In this document: piece by piece, positions 58,294 through 64,000 of the stretch
Layout: every line of letters starts with the position of its first letter
Numbering within the stretch: the stretch's first letter is position 1
Program-made: the position numbers and the translations under genes
The notes under the pieces: model-generated
Told to the model about the DNA's origin: nothing
Database searches by the model: none
Seen by the model: only the letters and a program-made list of their open reading frames with translations
Source: Gammaproteobacteria bacterium
GTDB taxonomy: Bacteria > Pseudomonadota > Gammaproteobacteria > Steroidobacterales > Woeseiaceae
Assembly: GCA_009937505.1 (NCBI GenBank)
Contig: JAACFJ010000006.1
Span: 4,923-68,922 of the forward strand
Length of the DNA: 64,000 nucleotides
Direction: 5' to 3'

Positions 58294-59964
58294 TCAGATC
58301 GTGTCCGGCCCGCCACCCTGTTGCGCGCGCATCAGGTCCTTGACCCGGCAGTCTTCGCACATCTCCAGGCGCCGCCGGTCGGCCTCGCTCTGGAACATCC
58401 AGTGGTCCTCGAGCTTTTTCGCCATGACCTTGAGCATCGACCGCGTGGCGAACGGCTTGCCGCAGGAGATGCAGCACAATGGCTGCTCTTCGTGCAGCAG
58501 GCGCTGGGCACCGCGCGCCTTGTCGTCATACAGGAATCGGGTCTCCAGCGAGACGGCGTCCTCCGGACAGGCCTTCTCGCACGATCCGCACTGGATACAG
58601 GATCTTTCGACGAAATTCAGCTGCGGCAGTCCCTGGCCTTCGCGCACCGCCGACGTCGGACAAACCGCCACGCAACTCATGCACAGGGTGCAGGCGGCCG
58701 CATCGACCTTGATCTGGCCGAACGGCGCACCTGCGGGCAGGGCCGCAACCTTCCGGCGGCTCGGGGCATGCTCCAGAAGGTAGTTGATCGCCGTGCGCAG
58801 CAGCAGGCGTTTTTCCGGGGGCGGCGTGAAACGGGCGGGGCTTTCCAGGCTGATCGCCTGGTCCGAGTTCGCGGCTGCCGTTACCGTGTCGGTCTCACCC
58901 GAATCCAGTGCCTCTATGGCAGCCCCGGAGTAACCCATGCCCTCGAGGATTGGCGCGGTGTAGCCGATCTGGCGCTCCAGCACGTCGCGGATGGTCTGCG
59001 GCGTTTCGCCACCCGTGAGGATGAGCACGCGACGGGCGCCGTAGGCGAGGCAGGTCAACCACGCATCCATGCCGATGGATCCGACCTCTTCCAGCTCGAC
59101 CGGCAGTGCGCTTTCCGGTAACGCGGCGCCGAGTCCGTCCGCAATCGCGCCCGCGGAAGCGCGGTCGTAAAACACGAGCAGCGGATCCGTCCCGCCGGCA
59201 TCGCGGTAAGCGACGAGAACGGCCCGTACGTAGCCGAGCAGGTCGCCGGTGCTCGGGAATGCGTAAGTGATCGCACCTGTCGGGCAGACGGACGCACAGC
59301 TGCCGAAGCCCTGGCACAGGTTCGGGTTCACAGTCACGTGTTCGCCGGCCGAGGTGATCGCCCAGGCCGGACAGACATCCAGGCAGCGCGTGCAGCCGCG
59401 GATGCCCCTGCGTCCGTGCGCGCAAATCTCGGTATCGAGATTGAAATATTTGGGTTTCTCGAACTCGCCGCGCATTTCCGGTAATTCGGCAATGGCGCTG
59501 TCGAGGGCGTCTGCGTCGCCGCGCGGAGCGTAGTAGCCCGGCGGCAACGCCTCTTGCTGCAGCAACGGCGGATCGGCCAGGTCGAGGACGAGGTCGAAGC
59601 GCGCCTGCGTGAGCAGCGCGACGGCGGGCGATTCCTGTTCGTCTTCCGATTCCTCGAGACTCAGGCTGTAGCCGCCCAGGCTGCCGGAAAGCTGAGGCTG
59701 TCCGCCGCGAACGACAGTGAAGCCGTCGACAGCAGCCGTTACCGGCCTCGAATCCGCAGGACAAAACAGCGTCGCAACGAGTCCTTCGCCCAGCCGGCCT
59801 GCAGCGGACAGTGCCTGCGCTTCCTCGCCGACGATGAGCACGCGGCCGTGGGACAGGAAGTTGACGAGGGACGTGGGCGCCACCTCCGGCCGATGGCGGA
59901 GATCGAGGGCCTCTGCTCGCGCACGGCCGCTTGCGGTACTGTCAGGAAGGTTCAGATCGGTCAT
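58294..59964 (-). CDS. Large multi-cluster 4Fe-4S ferredoxin-domain protein (FDH-associated)
   Basis: Four ferredoxin-type Cys motifs are present: CTRCLDVCP, CQGFGSCASVCP, CTLCMSCVAVCP, CIQCGSCEKACP. A C-terminal CCISCG...CEDC motif follows. The ATG at 59964 gives 556 aa. Confidence 0.8.
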   Translation of the reverse strand: MTDLNLPDSTASGRARAEALDLRHRPEVAPTSLVNFLSHGRVLIVGEEAQALSAAGRLGEGLVATLFCPADSRPVTAAVDGFTVVRGGQPQLSGSLGGYSLSLEESEDEQESPAVALLTQARFDLVLDLADPPLLQQEALPPGYYAPRGDADALDSAIAELPEMRGEFEKPKYFNLDTEICAHGRRGIRGCTRCLDVCPAWAITSAGEHVTVNPNLCQGFGSCASVCPTGAITYAFPSTGDLLGYVRAVLVAYRDAGGTDPLLVFYDRASAGAIADGLGAALPESALPVELEEVGSIGMDAWLTCLAYGARRVLILTGGETPQTIRDVLERQIGYTAPILEGMGYSGAAIEALDSGETDTVTAAANSDQAISLESPARFTPPPEKRLLLRTAINYLLEHAPSRRKVAALPAGAPFGQIKVDAAACTLCMSCVAVCPTSAVREGQGLPQLNFVERSCIQCGSCEKACPEDAVSLETRFLYDDKARGAQRLLHEEQPLCCISCGKPFATRSMLKVMAKKLEDHWMFQSEADRRRLEMCEDCRVKDLMRAQQGGGPDTI

Positions 59965-60529
59965 TGTCGGCCTCGCGGTCAACCTCGTTGTCGGGCTCGT
60001 CGCCCTCTCCGGCGTCGACCGCGGCCACGGCCGACGAATCTTCCGGGCTCTCCTCGTCCTCGTCGAGGCCCGCGAGTCGCTCCAGTTCGCGCTCAACGCG
60101 ATAGCGCATCTCGGCCGTGATGATGTCACCCAGCGGCTCGGGATTGGTGAAATCCCAGTCGTAGTCATCCAGGCCATCGCGGATATTGAATTTGGGGCTG
60201 TGAAACAGCTTGTTCAGGGCCTTCTGCCGCACGTCGGCGGGTACGCCGTCGCCGAGAAACGCACTGTAATCCGAGTTCTCATCCAGCGACTCCAACGGCG
60301 GCAGTTCCGGCTCAGCGTCCTGCGGGACGCCGGCCTCTTCGCCAGGATGCTCCGGCAATGCCTCTTCCACAACCGGCGACGATTCCTGTCCGGGCGCGGA
60401 AGCCTCCGGCAGCTCCTCGTCTGCATCCTGCGCAGGCTCCGGCAGCTCTTCGCCGCTGCGCGACAAGACTTTGCGGCGCGACCAGCGCGTCAGGAAACCC
60501 TCCTGCTCGTCGTGTCGATTCTCGCTCAT
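59942..60529 (-). CDS. DUF3306 domain-containing protein
   Basis: The N-terminus MSENRHDEQEGFLTRWSRRK is followed by an acidic body, and the C-terminus reads DYDWDFTNPEP. An ATGA overlap links it to the upstream gene. Confidence 0.7.
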   Translation of the reverse strand: MSENRHDEQEGFLTRWSRRKVLSRSGEELPEPAQDADEELPEASAPGQESSPVVEEALPEHPGEEAGVPQDAEPELPPLESLDENSDYSAFLGDGVPADVRQKALNKLFHSPKFNIRDGLDDYDWDFTNPEPLGDIITAEMRYRVERELERLAGLDEDEESPEDSSAVAAVDAGEGDEPDNEVDREADNDRSEPS

Positions 60530-61008
60530 CAGCCCGGGGTCTCTGACCAGTTCTTCCGCTTGCGCTTCTTGCGCTCCTGCGGCACGAAGTGGGTCACGAC
60601 GAACTTCTCGAGATGCTGGTAGACCTCGGGCGGGATCGGCACCGCGAAAACCTGGTCATCACTCTCGAGACAGACCGTGGCCGAATCGTGATCCGCGGTG
60701 ACCCGGAACGGCGTCATCTCGCCATCTGGCGTCTCGTGACAGATGACGAACAACGCGGGGTTGTCGCCCGTCAGGTTGTACCAATACTCTTCGGCGAGAT
60801 CGCGATACAGCAGCAACGGGAGGCCGGACCAGAGGTACTGCGCCTCGTCGTCGCTTTCGTACATCGGGCTGCGGCCAGTGCCTTTGCCGACGACGTGCTC
60901 GCCCGCAACCACGGACACCGCGCGCCAGCTCGGGACGGACCACCGTCCGCGCTTGACCTGCGTGCGCTCCATAATGACAGCTACGGTATGTCGATCTGGT
61001 TGGCTCAT
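60529..61008 (-). CDS. DUF3305 domain-containing protein
   Basis: The 159-aa product from the internal ATG reads VAVIMERTQVKRGRWSVPSWRAV...YWYNLTGDNPALFVICHE. It is paired with DUF3306, as commonly seen next to FDH genes. Confidence 0.65.
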   Translation of the reverse strand: MSQPDRHTVAVIMERTQVKRGRWSVPSWRAVSVVAGEHVVGKGTGRSPMYESDDEAQYLWSGLPLLLYRDLAEEYWYNLTGDNPALFVICHETPDGEMTPFRVTADHDSATVCLESDDQVFAVPIPPEVYQHLEKFVVTHFVPQERKKRKRKNWSETPG

Positions 61009-61136
61009 TTCTGCCAATATAGCGCAATGACGAGAGTGAGTATGATTTGACTTCCGGGAAGGCAGACAGCGAAGCGCAGGACGCGGCAGCTGCAACGGCC
61101 GGCGGCGAAGCGAACGGCGAAAATCAGCCGCGCTTC

Positions 61137-62018
61137 ATGACGGTGAAGCAGGCGGCTGCCTACCTGCAGGTGAACGAAAAGAAAATCTACGCGCTGGTGC
61201 GCGAGGGCAAGATCCCGGCGACGAAGCTCACCGGCAAGTGGCTGTTCCCGCGCGATCTCGTCGATCAGTGGCTGCTCGAGTCGAGTCATGGCGGGTTGCT
61301 GACCGACCGTATCGTGATCGCGGGAAGCGACGATCCGCTGCTGTTTCGTGCCGTGACGCAAGTCGCCAACACGCTGCAGTCGAGGGCGCTGATCAGCTAC
61401 GCAGCGACCGGCAGCCAGCTCGGCCTGATGCTGCTCGCACACCGGCGCGCGGACGTCTGTGGCATTCACTGGGGTCCTGCGGACGAGAGCTATCAGCGCC
61501 ACCCCGCGCTGATCCGGCAATTCGTACAGGCGGGCGACTGGGCGCTGGTGCGACTGTTTCGGCGTGAGCAGGGCTTGCTGGTGACGCCAGGCCTGTGGTC
61601 GGCCGGGATGGGATTCGAAGGGCTGTTTCAGCGCGAGGTCCGCTGGGTCGAACGCCAGGAAGGTGCCGGCTCGCAGCGATTTCTGCGCGAGCTGATTTCG
61701 CGCCACGACCTGGATCCGGCAGACCGCCGGATCACCGGCCGCGCGAGCACGGAGCGCGAGGCGGCCTCGCTGGTCGCGATGGGGCAGGCGGAAGTGGGTT
61801 CGGGGGTGCGTGCCGCGGCCAACGAGTTCGGTCTCGACTTCGTGCCCATCGGCTGGGAGGCATTCGATCTTGCGCTGCACCGCGGTATCTTCTTCCGCAG
61901 GCTGTTTCAGCGGCTACTGGATTACCTGCGCGGCGACGAGTGCCGGCGGCAGGCAAACATGCTGGGCGGTTACGACCTCGCCGAGCTTGGCAATCTCGTC
62001 TGGACGGGCACCGACTGA
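61137..62018 (+). CDS. Transcriptional regulator: excisionase/MerR-type HTH fused to a periplasmic-binding-protein-like (molybdate/tungstate-type) domain
   Basis: MTVKQAAAYLQVNEKKIYALVREGKIPATKLTGKWLFPRDLVDQWL is the HTH_17-like part, followed by a PBP-like body. A TTG at 61047 would add an unstructured 30-aa extension. Confidence 0.7.
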   Translation: MTVKQAAAYLQVNEKKIYALVREGKIPATKLTGKWLFPRDLVDQWLLESSHGGLLTDRIVIAGSDDPLLFRAVTQVANTLQSRALISYAATGSQLGLMLLAHRRADVCGIHWGPADESYQRHPALIRQFVQAGDWALVRLFRREQGLLVTPGLWSAGMGFEGLFQREVRWVERQEGAGSQRFLRELISRHDLDPADRRITGRASTEREAASLVAMGQAEVGSGVRAAANEFGLDFVPIGWEAFDLALHRGIFFRRLFQRLLDYLRGDECRRQANMLGGYDLAELGNLVWTGTD

Positions 62019-62116
62019 CGCGCCTGCGAATGCCGGGGAGCGGGCAGCTTTTTGGGAGCGGGCCTCGGCCCGCGACCAGGTCGGGCTTCAAGAAGCGCTC
62101 CCGCAGAGACGTGCTC

Positions 62117-62335
62117 CTACTTACCCGTGTCGATCTCGTGGTCGATGACGTGCTCCAGCCCCAGTTCGGGGACGGTAAGCGTCATCCTGGCCTGCAGCTT
62201 TTCCGAGTCCGGCAGGGTGCCCGAGTCAACTGCCTCGCGCACGGCCTTTTCGATTTCACGTTGCGAGGTGATGCCCACGACCTTGAGGAACTTGCGTATT
62301 GCGACATTCAGGCGATCTTCGTCGATGCTTGTCAT
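62117..62335 (-). CDS. Small conserved hypothetical protein (DUF6494-like, 72 aa)
   Basis: The product reads MTSIDEDRLNVAIRKFLKVVGITSQREIEKAVREAV.... The internal ATG was chosen. It lies immediately downstream of the regulator gene. Confidence 0.45.
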   Translation of the reverse strand: MTSIDEDRLNVAIRKFLKVVGITSQREIEKAVREAVDSGTLPDSEKLQARMTLTVPELGLEHVIDHEIDTGK

Positions 62336-62351
62336 GCTGAAAAATACTCCA

Positions 62352-63593
62352 TTACTCGTTGCCGGAGGCGCCGAGTTTGCGGTCCAGTGTCTTGCGGGAG
62401 ATGTCCAGACGCCGTGCGGCGGCCGACTTGTTGCCGTCACTGGCCGCGAGAACGCGAGCCATGTGATGGCGTTTTACCTGCTCGAGGGTCCAGTCTAGCG
62501 GATAATCGTGGACCCCGGGGCGTCGCTGCGCGGGCTTTGCGAGCGCGCCGGCCGGCAGCCGGCCAAGCCGCAAGGTCTGCTCGACCACCTCGCGCAATTC
62601 CCGCACGTTTCCGGGCCAGTCATGCTCCGCGAGCCTGTCCAGCTCCGCGGGGCGCAACTCAAGCAACGGCAACGACATGTCGGCAGACAGCTTATTCGCA
62701 AAGTGCGCCGCGAGCAGCGGGATATCCGCCCGCCTTTCGCGAAGCGGCGGGAGTCCGATGCGAACCACGCTGAGCCTGTAATACAGATCCGCACGGAAAC
62801 GGTGCGCGGCTGCCAGCCTGGCAAGACCTGTCGTTGCCGATGCGACGATACGGGTGCTGACCGGGTATATCGCATTCTCCTCAATGCTGCGCAGCAAGCC
62901 GGCCTGCAGGTCGGGGGACGCCTCATGAACGGCTTCGAGAAACAGGGTGCCGTCGCCCGACGTTTCCCGGGCATAACTGAGCAGCTCTCGCTGCAGGCCC
63001 GGTTCCGTGACTGCGCGGCAGTCGACAGACACGAAAGGGCCTTGCCGGCCGCTACGTCCGTGCAGCAACCGGGCCGCCAGTTTCCTCCCTGTGCCTGCTT
63101 CGCCCTCGATAAGTAACGTCGCAGGCGTGGCCGCGATGTGCTCGATCAGCGCCCGGATTGCCCGTATGGGCCCGCTGCTCCCGACCAGCATCTGCCGCGA
63201 ATCGCCCATGCGAGCAGGAGCGCGCGCGGCGCATTCCCCGCAAATTGCGTTGATCTTTGCGACAAGTTCCTCGGTCGAGAACGGCCTCAAGAGCACATCC
63301 GATGCGCCATTCTGCAACGCTTCGATGGCGGTCTCGGCACTGGACCTATCTGCGATTAACAGGGTCTCGGACGGCAGGCCGTCGCAGACGTCGAGCACGT
63401 CACGGATTGCGCTCCAGGGGCCCTGGGGATCGATGACCACGAGCAGGTGAAAGCGGCAGCGCTGCGCCAGTTCGCGCGATTCGTCGATCGTCTGTGAACA
63501 TTCCACCGTCAGAAAATGCCTTGCCAGCCGCCGTTGCAGGCGCGACACCTCGGAGCCATCACCGAGGAGAAGAATCGACTTGGACTGGGACAC
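62352..63593 (-). CDS. NtrC-family response regulator with a degenerate AAA+ domain (no GAFTGA loop)
   Basis: It has a receiver domain (ILLLGDG...LLVVID), Walker A GEAGTGRK, the arginine-finger region FRADLYYRLSVVRIGLPPLRERRADIP and a Fis-type HTH (NKSAAARRLDISRKTLDRKL). The [15 protein letters not shown] segment is replaced by QRELLSYARETSGDG. Walker B reads LFLEAV. The start is a GTG at 63593. Confidence 0.8.
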   Translation of the reverse strand: MSQSKSILLLGDGSEVSRLQRRLARHFLTVECSQTIDESRELAQRCRFHLLVVIDPQGPWSAIRDVLDVCDGLPSETLLIADRSSAETAIEALQNGASDVLLRPFSTEELVAKINAICGECAARAPARMGDSRQMLVGSSGPIRAIRALIEHIAATPATLLIEGEAGTGRKLAARLLHGRSGRQGPFVSVDCRAVTEPGLQRELLSYARETSGDGTLFLEAVHEASPDLQAGLLRSIEENAIYPVSTRIVASATTGLARLAAAHRFRADLYYRLSVVRIGLPPLRERRADIPLLAAHFANKLSADMSLPLLELRPAELDRLAEHDWPGNVRELREVVEQTLRLGRLPAGALAKPAQRRPGVHDYPLDWTLEQVKRHHMARVLAASDGNKSAAARRLDISRKTLDRKLGASGNE

Positions 63594-63820
63594 AAATTCT
63601 CCGGCTGACGGGTTTCGGCGGAAAGTTCGTCCAAAGCCTATGCTGTGGGTCAAATTGTCGCAAGGGCACGGTGACCGTCCGACTATTTGTTGCTGGCGTC
63701 GCGCCGAGGCATCTGAAAGAATGCTTTTTACCGTCCCGCCGGCACTCCAACCGGAACGCGTGCAGGGGCGGATGACCAATGCAAGGGGGGTGGTCGCGAA
63801 AACGTGGCCGGTTTCTGAGG

Positions 63821-64000
63821 ATGAACGAGTTTTCGTCTGCTATCGTTGCGGCGCTGTCGATGATTGTGACGCTCGACGAGGGCCTGGTGGAAATCGTCCT
63901 GTTGTCCCTGCAGGTCAGCTTGGGCGCCGTCACGATCGCTTCGGTCATTGCGCTGCCGCTGGGCGCAGTCATTGCACTACAGAGCTTCCCCGGCCGACGC
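63821..64000 (+). CDS. ABC transporter permease, N-terminal fragment (possibly tungstate/molybdate-type)
   Basis: MNEFSSAIVAALSMIVTLDEGLVEIVLLSLQVSLGAVTIASVIALPLGAVIALQSFPGRR resembles the N-terminus of TupB-like permeases. It is truncated by the window edge. Confidence 0.45.
   Translation, partial: MNEFSSAIVAALSMIVTLDEGLVEIVLLSLQVSLGAVTIASVIALPLGAVIALQSFPGRR

Overview
This is a visibly GC-rich, densely coding chromosomal segment whose gene order looks gammaproteobacterial. I saw no tRNA or rRNA genes, CRISPR arrays, IS elements or prophage genes.

Gene content, left to right:
- gmhB (partial), glyS, glyQ.
- A glnA region with an NtrC-site/sigma-54 promoter, then a DUF4124 gene, ntrB and ntrC.
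- A class-1 DHODH-like gene, trmL, a Tat-exported FAD oxidase and a DUF3179 gene.
- gpsA, secB, grxC and a rhodanese gene.
- envC, ctpA, yibQ, followed by a six-domain Kazal inhibitor-like protein.
- An orphan 800-aa HerA-like P-loop ATPase.
- AbgT and POT transporters, tatCBA and dtd.
- A TRAP transporter, trkHA and uvrD.
- A four-gene module: ECF sigma, anti-sigma, a secreted poly-Asp/Glu protein and a TPR/beta-barrel outer-membrane protein.
- An EamA transporter.
- An aa3 cytochrome oxidase cluster (coxB, coxA, a micro-ORF, ctaG, coxC, DUF2909, SURF1, an SCO-like gene, ctaB).
- bioC, comF, an alginate-export-type porin and moeB fused to a rhodanese domain.
- A Tat-exported Rieske-like protein and a periplasmic ankyrin protein.
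- A Tat-dependent, Cys-type formate dehydrogenase locus with many accessory genes (TorD-like chaperone, small TAT target, large 4Fe-4S protein, DUF3306, DUF3305), two regulators and the start of an ABC permease.

Main points for follow-up:
1. The ECF sigma / anti-sigma / polyacidic protein / TPR-barrel module is the best candidate for an undescribed envelope system.
2. Three conserved genes (glnA, envC, the FDH Fe-S subunit) each carry an internal loss of roughly 40 nt that shifts the frame. Two more genes (ntrB, gpsA) have no usable canonical start codon.
3. The multi-Kazal protein is translationally coupled to the envC-ctpA-yibQ operon.
4. An NtrC-family regulator has lost the GAFTGA loop.

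All functional calls come from reading the translated ORFs and recalling family motifs. No searches were run.
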